Below, piece after piece: positions 17,035-37,723 of a stretch of DNA of 64,000 bases. The stretch is taken from the NCBI RefSeq assembly GCF_009914755.1, contig NC_060933.1; one strand, 5' to 3'. Position 1 is the first letter of the stretch; each line of letters starts with the position of its first letter. The position numbers and the translations under genes were made by a program. Source of the DNA: the human T2T-CHM13v2.0 reference genome, Homo sapiens. The notes below the pieces were generated by a model. That model ran no database searches and was not told the origin of the DNA. It worked only from the letters and a program-made list of their open reading frames with translations.

Positions 17035-18089
17035 TTATTCTTTTAAAAACTTGTCAGTCCATGCAGCATTTCTTGTTTGCCTAGATCATTGGCCACTCAT
17101 AAATGAAGGCACTTAAAAGTTTTAAGTGTAATTATTTGAAGTAGTTTTCTCCTTTATGTCTCTGACAGTTGGTTACTTTTTATGCAGCTTATTAGTCTGA
17201 TGTATGAGTAATTCATCCACATAAATTCTGCTATTACTTGAGTATGGCATAGTTTGGCTTTTTTACATGAAAAGTGCTTCAGGGAAGGTATATGGTGAAG
17301 AAAGAGAAAATATCTCCATCTGTCAGGGTCAGAAAAAAACAAGAGTGAGAGAGAGAATAATATAAGGATTATTGAAATCTGCAGATAATCACTAAATTAA
17401 TTCTTGGCCAATTCTATTAATATCCTTCTCAGCCCCAACATTGCTATGAAGAAAAGCAAGTAAGAATTTATTATAGATGATCCCTTGGAGTTATTATCAA
17501 CAAAGGCAAAAGGCAAAACAGTAGCCAGGTTTTATTGGAGAAGTTTTAAAAAGATAAAATCTAAGATTTGTGTGTGGGCGTGTGAGGTAATTATAATGGT
17601 GGGTTTGGGATAACTACTTTCCTGAGTGCAGACTATCCTTGTAAGACTACAGTTGTAGCAAGTGCCGTGTGGACTGCTGTCACTTGACAGACTTAATCTG
17701 GGGAGAACAATATGTGTTTGAATGTATATAATTGTAAGGTATTTTACATTTCTTTTTTTTCTTGTTGACCTGACCTATTTTCTTAGTACCTCCACTCATC
17801 GTTTTACTTACCATTTTTAATACATTGGTATGGCACAACTTTAGGAGTCTTTAAGTTTTTGCCAGTTCTGGCCGAGACCCATAGTTTAATCAAGGCTACC
17901 CTTTATAAGAGGAATTGATCAAATTAAGTATACCTACGATCACTGTACCTCAAGAAAGACATAGGCAAGGGAAAGGCAGCTAGAATATCAAAAGGATTAT
18001 ATGGTTATATTCATCCAATTATGGTCACATTTCTGTTGGTTAATTTGGGTTTTGTTTTGTTTGTTGTTGTTGTTTTGTTTTTTGTTTTT

Positions 18090-18278
18090 CTTAGTAGAGA
18101 CAAGGTTTCACCATGTTGGCCAGGCAGGTCTCAAACTCCTGACCTCAAGTGATCTACCCACCTCAGCCTCCCAAAGTGCTGGGATTACAGCACTTTGTAA
18201 TGTAAAATGGGATTGCATTTTGTACACTTTATAATGTAATGGGATTACAGCTCACTTTGTGAGCCATTGCACCCGGCC
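18090..18278 (-). mobile_element. Alu left arm with complex insertion
   Basis: Reverse Alu left monomer interrupted at about 18191-18258. Confidence 0.8.
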
Positions 18279-18463
18279 TCTGTCAGTTAATTTGGAATAG
18301 GAATATGAAGCCAGCACCCGGGGAATGAGTAGGAAACATTACAGCCTTCAAAGGGAAGTCTTCTCCCTAAATATTTATCAAATTGTATTTCCCCTCCCAC
18401 TTACTGGGAGCTACTACGTTTTTTCCAAGCAACTGCACTATTTTGGCCTAGAATGCCACTAAG

Positions 18464-19764
<1,301 letters not shown>

Positions 19765-20861
19765 AAGATAATTTTAAAATTCACCTATAGGGGCAATCAA
19801 AACAAAGCCAGAGCCATTTCTGAGAGTATCTACTAACCCCATACAGGTCGTCAAAAGGCAAGATTCGCCCAGTTAAACTGGTTGCTTGATCATGTGGACA
19901 TAGTCCATAAGCACGCATCCCTGTTTATGGTAGTGTACTGTCTTTGACCTTGAATTTTCTGTATAAGTGCTTGCCAGAAACTTACAGTTACCAATTATAA
20001 GTAATGACTACAGAAAGCAGAAGAGAAACTAGATAGATTTCTCTTTGTTTAATGTTTTCACAAATCTAAAAAGGAATATGACCCTAATCGTTTTAAGAAA
20101 AAAGACTTTCTTCCTTATCATGGAAGCCAGGAAAGACAGGCAGGCTCCAAAAGAACTGTCCCGGGCTCCAGATTATATCTGTCTGAGCTAGAGAAAAGAG
20201 CCCATGTGCAGATGTATGACTACTTCTGTGTAGTCTTTTTGTGCAATCTAATCTCCATAGTCCCTATGGATTATTATATCTTATTCTTATTGTACCATAG
20301 AAATAAGGCCAATACTCAATGCTAAGACTCAGAATAGGCATCAGAATTTAGCCGTCTTGCTAATTCCCTAACTTCTGACCATAAATTCATATGTATTTTT
20401 GTTAAACATATTAGATTTTACAGACTGTGTCTGTCTTGCAGGTGATGGGGCAGGTACAGGGAAAACTTTTTTGATAATCTTCAGAGGTTGACTGTGAAAC
20501 ACTCTTGACTATAAGGAGGTTTTGAAAGCTGTTTGGAAAAATATCATACCATACTTATTAAATGGGGGAGAGGGGAAAGCAACAGAAGTGCTGAGCTCTT
20601 CAACAGTCAATATAGCATTTACTGTTTCCTATATTTAATAGCATTCAGAACAATAGAAACAAGTTGGCACATAGCCAACTTCAGGTACCTAACTGAAGAT
20701 AAATGTTCCCTAGAAACTGAATAGTTTAAAGCCTTCCTGAGAAAGAAACTCCTTTTATTAACTATTTTATGTGAACTAAATTCCACATAAACTCCTGCTT
20801 AATTTTTTAAAATAGTCAATTCCTAGACCATTTCTCATCTTCCTTAATGATCCAAGAAGAT

Positions 20862-21170
20862 GGCCAGGCATGGTGGCTCACGCCTGTAATCCCAGCATTT
20901 TGGGAGGCTGAGGCAGGCAGATCACCTGAGGTCAGGAGTTCCAGAGCAGCCTGGCCAACATGGCGAAACCCCGTTTCTGCTAAAAATACAACAAAAAAAT
21001 TAGCCAGGTGTGGTGGCGTGCACCTGTAGTCCCGGCTACTTGGGAGGCTTAGGCAGGAGAATCACTTGAACTCAGGAGGCGGAGGTTGCAATGAGCTGAG
21101 ATTGTGCCACTGCACTCCAGCCTGGGTGACAGAGACTCTGTCTCAAAAAACAAACAAACAAACAAACAAA
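20862..21170 (+). mobile_element. Alu SINE
   Basis: Full Alu with (caaa)n tail; atccaaga flanks. Confidence 0.9.
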
Positions 21171-21286
21171 AATCCAAGATTTCTGTGCTAGAAGGAAGAG
21201 CTCTTATGAACTATTCACATGAGTGTTCATAGCCACTTCATGGTCTCAGGAAATCAGGACAGGCAGAAAGATACTTGAAAGCAGTC

Positions 21287-21604
<318 letters not shown>

Positions 21605-22028
21605 TGAAAGTAGTCTTGACGCAAATACTTTGTAGGAGAGAAGCTAACAGACAAGTCAAGGGTTGTCTTAATAAAGTCAAGTGAGGAGAGAAACCCAGCT
21701 AATATTTTGATTAATGCCTTCTCCCACAAAGTTCACTCATTGGATTTTCCCTACTCAAGTTCTTTTATCCCCTAATATTCCACATAATGATAATAGCTGC
21801 CATTTATCAGGTACTTTGGTAGATGCTTTATGTATGTTATCTCATATAATCCTCCCAAGAATCCTCCAAGTTGTACAGGCTGGAAACCAGCTCCAGAAAG
21901 GCTAAGTAACTTTCCCAGGACATACAATCAGATCACCTTTTTCTTTTAAAATTCACCTTCACCTTCCAAATTCTTTTTACAGATGTGTTCCAGTTAGGTA
22001 GTTAAGTCCTGTCACTCTGTTATTCTAA

Positions 22029-22072
22029 TGCAAAGGTGATTCTCCAGTATTGCAAAGATGATTCTCCAGTAT
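22029..22072. repeat. 22-bp tandem duplication
   Basis: tgcaaaggtgattctccagtat / tgcaaagatgattctccagtat. Confidence 0.9.
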
Positions 22073-22146
22073 TGAACGATTTTGAATTCTGTTAAAGAAA
22101 ACTAGTATACCTCAATTGGCAAAAAAAAAAAAAAAAAAGTAAATGA

Positions 22147-22491
<345 letters not shown>

Positions 22492-22538
22492 TAATTCTAA
22501 TCTTTCTACCCTAGTTATAAGCTCAACTTGGTAAATAA

Positions 22539-23525
<987 letters not shown>

Positions 23526-23605
23526 GGAATCCTAAGGGTTTTTTTATTGTTTGTATTTCAGTTCTGTCCCTGAGTTATATATTCAGATTTTTTTGGTTAG
23601 TATTT

Positions 23606-24270
<665 letters not shown>

Positions 24271-25106
24271 AGAGCAAAGATTGTATGACCCTGGATTTTA
24301 ACTTATTGTTACATGAGTACCCATTTTTATTTTGGAAGAAGCTGAGCTTAATTAAGTCAGATTAAAGCTACCAAAGGAAACAGGCTAAAAAGAACCAATG
24401 CTAGTTTACCTCCTGTAAGTTGAATTTCTATTCTAGAGAGAATGGGTTAGGTGTGTTCGATTGCTTTAGAAGATAACTTATCCAAATACATACAGCACAT
24501 CACTGAAAATTTAAGTGGGAAGAGAAAAAAATATAATCACTTTTATTTATTATGCTTTAATAATTAATTTGTAAGTTTTAACTTTTTTGATGTAATTTAG
24601 CTTTGGCATATTCCCGTGGGATCTTTTCCTAAAATAAAGCTTTTAGTGAGCGTAAGGACTTATCAGGATTGGTTTGTGTTTGAGCCTACAGTGTATGTTT
24701 ATATATTAATCTCCACCGGCTTTGTATCTTCCTATTCATACACCATTCGGTAAGCCTTGCATAGGATTCCATTACAATATATCCATTGTCTACTGACAAT
24801 GAGAGCAAGTAGATTCTGCTCTTGTTCTATCTCCTAGTATATTTGGATGTGAAATATATCCTGCACAAATGACACTTCAAAACAGGTGCATACTTTGAAA
24901 GGTTTTCTTGGGATTTGTATATACCTTGCCCTGGGTCACTGATATGTCTGAAGAGATTTGATAATGTGGCATCATTGAGTAGATTTCTCTAATTGATAAT
25001 GAGGGACCTGAATAATTAAGAACCTGTGGGTCTTCAAAATTAGTTCATGGTAATAATTAATGTTATAAAGGTTCATCAAGGAAATCATCAAGGTTACAAC
25101 TTTTAG

Positions 25107-25413
<307 letters not shown>

Positions 25414-25762
25414 TAGTCTTGCTTTTTTAACAGTCCTCTACATGTTATCTTATATCTCAAAATGAAAATTATGACTGTTCAGTTTCCCTTTCTAGCTTTT
25501 AGCCTTAAAGCTCCTTGAGGAAAGACTCCATGTGATGTTCATTTCTTTATTTCCTTTGGTCTTAAGAAGGCACTCTTGCAAATATTCATTCCCTCCTCCT
25601 GACCAGGATTCATATTGATAATATGGAATGAAGTAAATCCTTTGTGGTTTTCTTATGCTATAATCATTTTTCAGACTCTCATTGGAAGAGAACAGTATTT
25701 GTGTCTTCTGCCTCTAGCTCTTTATGAGGATGTGTCAGTAGTCTTCCTGGCTAGCGAAAGTC

Positions 25763-26077
<315 letters not shown>

Positions 26078-26375
26078 AAGTCTTTTCATTCTTATTGCAT
26101 TTGTTTGGTTCAATATCATAATTTATGATCACTCAGATGCCAGTGATCTCTCCATCCTACCATAATTACCTCTTTATCTGAAAACAGCTGCCCACCTGCC
26201 ATTTGCCCCATCACTGACACTTTGAGCATGGTCTTTATTTTATTGTGTATTGTATTTTTTAGTGTTTACTCTAAAAACATTGTAGACAAAGACTCTGTTT
26301 TATATCTTTTTATACCTCTGATGTAATCTCTTTATGGTAATGGTATCAATAATACCAGATTGTCGAGCTCTGTAA

Positions 26376-26580
26376 TTTTTTTTTTTTTTTTTTTTTGAAA
26401 TGGAGTCTTGCTCTGCTGACCAGGCTGGAGTGCAGTGGCATGATCTCTGCTCACCACAACCTCCGCCTCCCAGGTTTGAGCAGTTCTCTGCCTCAGCCTC
26501 CCGAGTAGCTGGGATTACAGGCGCGTGCCACCAAGCCCAGCTAATTTTTGTATTTTTAGTAAAGACGGGGTTTCACTGTT
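26376..26580 (-). mobile_element. 5'-truncated Alu
   Basis: Reverse right arm; TSD-like gagctct(g/a)taatt. Confidence 0.85.
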
Positions 26581-26782
26581 GAGCTCTATAATTATAAAAT
26601 AATGTAGTGTCTGGCATGAAAGTGGATCTTTGATTATGCCTACCTGATGCTTTGCCTTATCCTTCACTAGAAATAAGAACCTATTTCTTAAGCCAGCTGT
26701 CATAGAACTATGGGGTAGGAGTTAACAAGGAGAAAATAAATAGATGGCTCCCTGAATCTATATAAATTTCCTACCCACAGTC

Positions 26783-27225
<443 letters not shown>

Positions 27226-27418
27226 TAATAGGAGCTTGATAAATATTGAGTGAATGAATAATGAAAAGCATACTTGGTTTCATGAACATGAATACCTACT
27301 TGGAATTTTTAAAACCACTTTTTCTTCCACAGACTGGACTTGAGGGACACATAAAGAGAATCCACCAACACCTCCCCCTCCACACACACCAGCTTCCCAT
27401 TCTCCCACTCCAACTCTA

Positions 27419-27832
<414 letters not shown>

Positions 27833-28257
27833 CTAGACTTAATTTAATATAGAGTATCCAATTTATACCTTGTTTTTCATGTTCTTCACTCTAATGTCCT
27901 GGTAGGATTGAAATTGTATCTGAAGTCTGAGCACACTGCGTGCCTAGGGCCATAGTAGACCTTTCTTCAAATTTAAATTAGCTGAAGGCTGGTTGTCCTG
28001 TATGTGAAAATGTAATCCAAATATCCTGATTAGGCACAGGCCATCCCAATTAGGTGAATTATCTGAAGTCCTTGCTTTTTATCTGCTGACATTTATGATT
28101 AGAAAGCCTTAAAGCAGTTAAATTTCATTAATGGCATTCATTTGTATCTTATTACAGATTGCCTGTTTCCTGCAACCCAAAGAAGCTGCTTTCCTTCTCC
28201 TTATCTAATATTTAAGTTTGAACATATATTAAGCATACCTATTAAAGGAACTATACT

Positions 28258-28508
28258 GGTGGGGCACAGTGGCTTACACCTGTAATCCCAACACTTTGGG
28301 AGGCCAAGGCAAGAGGATTGCTTGAGCTCAGGAGTTCGAGACCTGCCTGGGCAACACGAGACCTCATCTGTACGATAAAACAAAAAATTAGCTGAGCGTG
28401 GTAGTGGTGCAGGCCTGTGATTCCACCTACTCAGGAGGCTGAGGTTGAGGCTGTGGTGAGTTGCACTCCAGCCTGGGTGATGGAGCAAGACCCTGTCTCA
28501 AAAAAAAA
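28258..28508 (+). mobile_element. Alu SINE (AluJ-like, deleted)
   Basis: Alu consensus with internal deletions; aaaggaac flanks. Confidence 0.85.
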
Positions 28509-28719
28509 GGAACAATTCTGCAGAATAAGGAAGGGTTAGGCATCTGTAGCCCTATGTGTAAACCCTTTCTGCTACAGTCTCCAAAAGTGATCCCTATTAG
28601 CACGAGTTCTTTCTCTCTCCATCTGTAGATTATGAAAAATAATTCTGAGTAAAGATGCTAGGAGAGCATTCATTTATTAGATGCATTCCATATAGACAAA
28701 GTATTTACCAAGAAACAAG

Positions 28720-28883
28720 CCCAGGAGCAGGGAACCACCAGGTTGCCTGGTGAACCAGCCTAGATCAGAAATGGAGCAGGTCAAAACTCCTGTACTGATC
28801 AGTAGTGGGATCATGCCTGTGAATAGCCATTGCATTCCAGCCTGGGCAACATAGCAAGATTCCATCTCTAAAAATAAAAAAAA
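28720..28883 (+). pseudogene. 5'-truncated 7SL (SRP) RNA retrocopy
   Basis: Has 7SL S-domain sequence absent from Alu: accaccaggttgcct...ggagcaggtcaaaactcc...ctgatcagtagtgggatc..gcctgtgaatagcc; A tail; degenerate TSD aagaaacaag/aagagataag. Confidence 0.9.
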
Positions 28884-28921
28884 GAGATAAGATTTTTATA
28901 TCCTTAAATTATTATATATAA

Positions 28922-29149
<228 letters not shown>

Positions 29150-29403
29150 TAATAGAAATAATGGAATTTTAGTACTGGAAGCTTATTATCTTTAAAGGTC
29201 AGTTTACCAGTGAGGATAACTAAAGCAGACCCAAGCAAGTCAAGTCATTTGCTCCAGATTATGTGGCAAGCTACTTACAGAGTCACACCAGAACCAAGAT
29301 TTTAGGCTTCTTTCTTTGGTAGTCCCTTCTGAAATCGACTCTTTTCTGAATTAGGGGTTCTGGTCTTTATGCCTTGGGTGGAAAAGAGAAAAAGACAAAA
29401 GTT

Positions 29404-29750
<347 letters not shown>

Positions 29751-29915
29751 CTAGTAGAATACTCATGCTCGGTGCCTGTGGTGGTAACGCTAACATGAGG
29801 GCAAAAGCCTCCCACTCACGTGAATGTCTCTTATTATCCAGATCTTCTACTTTTAAATGTTCTAAGCTTCTTTGCCCCAAATTCTCATTTAGAATTTTCA
29901 TTCATCTCTAACTGA

Positions 29916-30014
<99 letters not shown>

Positions 30015-30302
30015 TAAGCCATTAGGTAGTGTTGGAAGGTGATAGTCACATGAGAGACAGTGACAAATAATTTGGAAGTCCAGCACCTCTTTCTGTCCTA
30101 ATTACTAAGTCAACATGGTAATGATGCATAACCATCTTGGTTCCTATTTCCTACCTAGAAGGTAGGAAACACAGTACTTTTTTGGTCCTCTGGTAAACCT
30201 CTGTTAACTAACATGTATGTTTTGGAGCTCTAAAAAATAATTTAGATACCAGATAGAATCTTTTGCAATCCATTTTCTTTCATTCTTTTCCAGAGTGTTT
30301 AA

Positions 30303-30701
<399 letters not shown>

Positions 30702-31485
30702 TAATACTTCAATTTTACAATAAATTAAGTGCCACAAATTGTGAAATGACTCGCCATCAATCATAGAGTTAATATGTCAGAGCTAGGACAAGGACCCAGA
30801 CCTTCTAGAGCTACCTAGACCAGTGTTCTTTTAGTCTACCAAACTATGGCCCACATCCTTCCTGATTCTTGGCACGGCCCATCTTAGACACTCCTAGTTT
30901 TGAGGTAGATGATTACCCATCTGTTTGTGTCTATTATGTTGTATGGTATACTTTAAATTTAACTTGCGCAAACTCAATAGTCAATTGGACTGCCTTAGGT
31001 ACCAGATGTCTGTTTGGAGCCATAAAATCAATTTGTTTTGGGAAGAAGGAGAGCATTTAGTTCAGGTAATGTGTTAAATTAGCAGTTTGAATACATTTAT
31101 ATCATTACCAACACTTCACAGTGTGAAAGACTTAGAATTGAAATGCCTATTCAGGAAATGTAGTCAGCCACTGATGAAACTAAATTGTTTTATTCCCTGT
31201 TCCATATTCTACATTGTGTGTTTCAGTGTAACAAACCTAATTTAATGATATCAAGCAGTCTGACCAAAAGGTTATTGTTGTTCTGATTATTTTTCTTATC
31301 TTAATCAGAAAGTAAATATGTTCTTGGCAGAGGCAATAGTTTTCAGTTACACCATCTTAGCCGTTCTCCTATCTGAGCAAGAGAAGAGGTAAAAATATAA
31401 TGTCTTCAAAAGCTGAGAGTAGCATTTTTTCTATGTGTCTTTCTAGCTGGACAGCACATTGGCTAATGATTTTGCACATGTTTGA

Positions 31486-31686
<201 letters not shown>

Positions 31687-32384
31687 TAAGAACTGAACAG
31701 ATCCAGATGAAGTCCTAAAGAACTCGATCAGTTAAGCAGCAAAGCGCAGCTGTGTGATCAGCAGCAGCCCTCTTCTTGAGTTAGGAGTTCTGTATGACCT
31801 TGATCAAAACTGTCCTTGGAGGTTTGGGTTTGTAGGTCATGAGCAGGCCAAAGGAGGAATGAGAGGGAGTCTTCTGCAAATATGAATGTTTGTTCTGAGT
31901 TGTACGGATTGGCCACTTTGGAAGAAGGGAAGTGAGGAATCCATATTTTAAAATATTTACCAAAATAATAATGAACAAGTTAAGAAATTCAGATCAAGAT
32001 ATAAAAGAATGGCAGATTGCAGTTGATTCTATAAAGTTACACCTAGTCAGCCCTGTCCTCTTTTTCTTTACAATGTAAGACTGTATTGATTTCTGTGTTC
32101 TGTCTAAGAAAGTATTTGGATGATTATTGGTTTTTCCCATAGATTGGCAAATGTTTTTTGAGATTGTTTTAATAAAAATGTAAGTCTTAAAACCAAATTG
32201 GACCTTAAGAAATCCTATAGACTGATATCCTGCTTTCAAACAAGCAGTGTTATTTATTGTACTGATGAGCTTACTGGGGCCCAGAAGGATTGTGACCTAC
32301 CTAAGGTGGCACAGGGGATGAGTAGCCAGGTCTCCTTATCCCTAATTAAGTAATTTCTTCTATACTACCCAACCCTCAATTCTA

Positions 32385-32707
32385 TTTTTTTTTCTTTTTT
32401 TCTTTCTTTTTTTTTTTTTTTCTGGAGACAGGGTCTCCCTCTATTGCCCAGGCTGAAGTGCAGTGGCACTATCTTGGCTCACTGCAATCTCTGCCTTCCA
32501 GACTCAAGTAATCCTCCCACCTCAGCCTCCTAAGTAGCTGGAACTACAGGCATGAGCCACCACACCCAGCTAATTTTTTTTATTTTTTGTAGAGACAAGG
32601 TTTCGCCATGTTGCCCAGGCTGGTCTGAAACTCCTGAGCTCAAGCAATCAGCCCACCTCGGCCTCCCAAAGTGCTGGGATTAAAGGCATTAGCCACCACC
32701 CCCAGCC
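32385..32707 (-). mobile_element. Alu SINE (AluJ-like) in SLC31A1 intron 4
   Basis: Reverse Alu consensus. Confidence 0.9.
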
Positions 32708-33067
32708 TCTGTTTCTGTTTTTGTAGAATGTAAACTTTGCAAAGGTGGGAAGCCTAAAAATATTCGGGCAGATGAGCATGAGAGGGTTTACGGCTTCCCT
32801 TTCAGGATCTAAGGTGGAGGTAAGTCGGGATTACTCCTCGTCCTTTTCTCCTCCTCCGGAAAAGGGTTCCTTCTACTGGAGGAACCACAGCCATATCTGG
32901 CCAATGTTTATAAGCCTGACAGCCCTGTGCTGTTTCATTTCCATGGACCAATCAAAGAACATTCAAGTACCCATGAGTTGCCAGAGTGGCTGTCCAGTTC
33001 CAGCTGAGCTCATGGCAAGAACTCTTCCCTCTTTCTCCTGATCTGCAGAACTCCTAGGAGTCCCTGA

Positions 33068-33295
<228 letters not shown>

Positions 33296-33399
33296 CATCA
33301 AACTCTATGGCGTGGCCTTATCGATTGCAGTGGGAAGTTGTTGAAGACTTGAAGACGTGATTCCTGCTCCAATCATCCCTTCTTGCTCCTCTTTGTGCA

Positions 33400-33402
<3 letters not shown>

Positions 33403-33452
<50 letters not shown>
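33403..33452. repeat. (AC)25 microsatellite in SLC31A1 3'UTR
   Basis: Perfect 50-nt AC run. Confidence 0.97.
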
Positions 33453-33454
<2 letters not shown>

Positions 33455-33818
33455 CTGCTCAACAGAGGTTTAGTTTACAGTCTCTGAACTAAAGTAGTAA
33501 CCTCCCAAATTGTTTTTTCTAATAAGCTGAGATTCCCATTTCTCTTAAGGAGAAGCCACCCATGAGATGTCTTTTCCTTCTCCATCATCTTAGAGCCAAG
33601 TTATATGTTCTTGTCTAATCCATGTAGCTTTTTGTTCAATGACTTGATCATCTGCTTCCTTTTTGAATTTTTAACAGATAGTAAGTAAATTTGGTGGTTT
33701 TTTCCCCTGGGTCAGTGATGGAAAGGGGTTAACTTCAGCCAGGATTGATGGCAGCTGAGGGAAATTCTTGCCCAACTAAACCCAGAACTCAAACTTAACA
33801 TTAGAAAATAAGGTCCAG

Positions 33819-34118
<300 letters not shown>

Positions 34119-34367
34119 AGGTCCAGCTTTTGGATTCAATGAGTGGGAAATACATTGTGCCTTTCTCTAGATGTGATACGTTATACCAAAATCTTTGTAG
34201 TGTGCAGAGCGGTGGTTTGAGACTAAATACAGGCTTAGAACTTGCAGAGTGTGTATTCTTGGATGGCTGATGCATCGACTTGCATTCCCACTTAACACTT
34301 TGATTAGCATGAACTTGCCAATCAAAAAATGACAATCAATTTGAGAAAATAGAAATAGATATTTTTA

Positions 34368-34373
34368 AATAAA
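34368..34373 (+). terminator. Proximal polyadenylation signal, SLC31A1
   Basis: AATAAA followed by CA and T/GT-rich downstream sequence (cagtttactttgtcttg). Confidence 0.7.
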
Positions 34374-34484
34374 ACCATTCACAGTTTACTTTGTCTTGAT
34401 ACCTTGGTTTGTCCCAGCTGAAGTGAAGCAAGAGAGTTTGAATTAATTTTTCCATTATAATGTTTTCGCATGTCTGCCTCTAAA

Positions 34485-34631
34485 ACTGTGATTTTCAAGC
34501 TTTAGCGTGCATCAGAATCACCTGTAGGGCTTGTTAAAACACTAATTGCTGGGCCTCAACCCAAAAGCCCCCAAAGTGGCACTTCTGAGTTCCTGCTGAT
34601 GTTACAAGGGACCACACTTTTGAGAATCTGT
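34485..34631. mobile_element. MER5A-like element in 3'UTR
   Basis: ttcaagctttagcgtgcatcagaatcacctg...ggaccacacttttgagaa. Confidence 0.7.
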
Positions 34632-35721
34632 GCTTTAAGCTAAGGAAATATTGCCTGGTGGGTTGGCTGCCTGGTATTGGGCATGGAAATTTGAATTGCT
34701 GATTGGTAGATGGTGTGTCTGGACTTAACTCACGTAGTAAATACTGCTGATCAATACCTAATCATTCCACATTTATTGAGCTCCACCTGTGTGTATGTGT
34801 ACCCAAGCACACATGTGTGAAGGGCTATAGCCAAAGTATTTTTACTAGCCTGTATGAAATCACTAGTCCTTATTTTTAAAGGTCTATGGTTTCTTGGAAG
34901 TAGTTTGATTGTTGAGAGAGACCTTTGATCTGCAGTGTAAATCTACCAGTCATGGGCCAGAAGGGCAAAAGCCCAGCTTTCTCTTTGGAAAGACTCAGGC
35001 TGTGGTTTGTTGATGGCCAGGTTTTCCTCAGGCTCCAACAACTGTGCTTATACCAAGCAGATCCTCATCCTCCATATAATCATCTTTGTTATTCGTGGGG
35101 GTTTAATTACATTACAAGTGGCCAAAACCCCTGTTCTCAGTGAAGAACCACATTGGATTTGTATTCTGTTCAGTTGTAGTCTACACTGCAGTCTTATTCC
35201 TGGTTCAAACTACCTCTTTAAATTGATTTGTCTTGTGCTGGTCTGTTAAATCCTGCCCTCCTTGGTGCTAGATCCAGTTGTGCCTCAGGGCAGAGGAAAC
35301 AAAACACAGCTATCCTGTTGGCCTGTGTTGTGGTTTTGAAGTTTGTACTTTCTCTGTGGGTGCCAGTTAAATATTGGAGAGCAAGGAATGTGGACTTGTA
35401 TGGCTTTGAACCAAGAGAGGGTTATGAGCCTACTGGATTGAGGTTAAAATCCAAGAACCAACATTTAGAGCTTTGTGCTTTTCTCTCATTCCATCACTTT
35501 GTAATGATGATACTTAACATGAGCAGGGTGAATGACAGGTACTGACGAAGTCCAACACAAAGGTATAATACAGCCTGTTGTCTCAAGCCAAGGAGTCATA
35601 AAACCATGAGAAATAAATAGGAATCAATAGTTAGTAGTGACATTGGTGCTCTCTAGAAATCTCAGCATGAGCTGCTATAGAATACCCTCCCAGCAACAAA
35701 ACCTAATCAGTAAGGCCAGCT

Positions 35722-36010
<289 letters not shown>

Positions 36011-36881
36011 ATTCAAGGCCAGTTAAGACAAAATGCTATGACTTTGAAATTCACAGAAAGAAATAACAGTTTAGATTAGGTCTTCAGGTATTCAGGATAG
36101 AGATAATCTCCTGAAAAACCTGAATTTCAGAGATTCTTAGACTGGCTGCCAAAGGATGAAGCTAGTGAAGGAGAAAAAGCTTAAATTCCATCTTGAGCTC
36201 TTGGATTGTGATAATACAATGATTTCATTAACTTTTCATTTCTGTATACCTGTTCATTTGGAATTTAATGCTTGACTTCTTTGTTCATTTTGGATCTAAA
36301 CTTCTCTTTTCTTCCTTCCCCATTCACATCTATTAGAAGACTGCATCACCATTTCTTTGGCCCCCTTACTCTGTTGTCCTTTCCCTTTTCTTTCAGTTTT
36401 TTTAATCGCATGTCTAGTATATTAAGTCTCCATAGCCCTCCTGATGCAGTAGACAGTGCTATGCTGTGGATATAATACCAACCAGAAATTGGCATTTATA
36501 AACCTGTTAAGAGACTTTAAGCATGCTTCAAGAGGCAGTTGACCCACTGGAATTTCTATAAGGCTGGTACCCTTCCCAGAGTTACAGAATCTTAGGTGCC
36601 GTCTCTAGTCTGTGAGGGAGGAACTCCCAGCATCCCCATTGCCCACAAATGGAATCCTCACTGTATCCACTAGGAGATTAGAAATTAAGGTTTCTTCACT
36701 ACTTCTATGGTAGGGTTGTCTGAAATTCCCTTTCAGGCTGTGGGTACTGGTCTTGGGTTCTAGTCATAAGGGGTTCCTTATAAGGAGCAGGCGGAGGGGA
36801 GTACACTTTCATGTGATTTAATTTTGATCCTGCCCTCTCCAGCTGCTCCTTCAAAAGATACATCAAAAGATAGAAACTCTG

Positions 36882-37201
<320 letters not shown>

Positions 37202-37305
37202 TTACTGGGTCTACAATTAATGTTGACTGTTTTAGATTGTAAGCTCCTGGAGAGCAGTATTGCTGTAGTAGGAATGTTTTAACAGTGTCATATGAAAAAG
37301 AACAA

Positions 37306-37311
37306 AATAAA
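37306..37311 (+). terminator. Distal polyadenylation signal, SLC31A1
   Basis: AATAAA then tattttgattttgtgattcta. Confidence 0.75.
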
Positions 37312-37433
37312 TATTTTGATTTTGTGATTCTATGCAAGTCTTTCTGCCCAGAGTGATAATGCAATAAGCTAGTCTTTTCATAGTCTGCATAGAGTCTGGC
37401 CATTACCATCAGTTTTTAAGATGTCCATATTGT

Positions 37434-37723
37434 GGCCGGGCGCGGTGGCTCACGCCTGGTAATCCCAGCACTTTGGGAGGCTGAGGCAGGTGGATCATGA
37501 GGTCAGGAGATCGAGACCATCCTGGCTAACACGGTGAAACCCGTCTCTACTAAAAAAAATATTAAAAAATTAGCCAGGCCTGGTGGTGGGCGCCTGTAGT
37601 CCCAGCTACTTGGGAGGCTGAGGCAGGAGAATGGTGTGAACCCGGAAGTCAGAGGTTGCAGTGAGCCAAGATTGCACCTGGGCAACACAGCGAGACTCCG
37701 TCTCAAAAAAAAAAAAAAAAAAA
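37434..37723 (+). mobile_element. AluY-like SINE
   Basis: Full Alu; TSD aagatgtcc(a/g)tatt. Confidence 0.9.
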
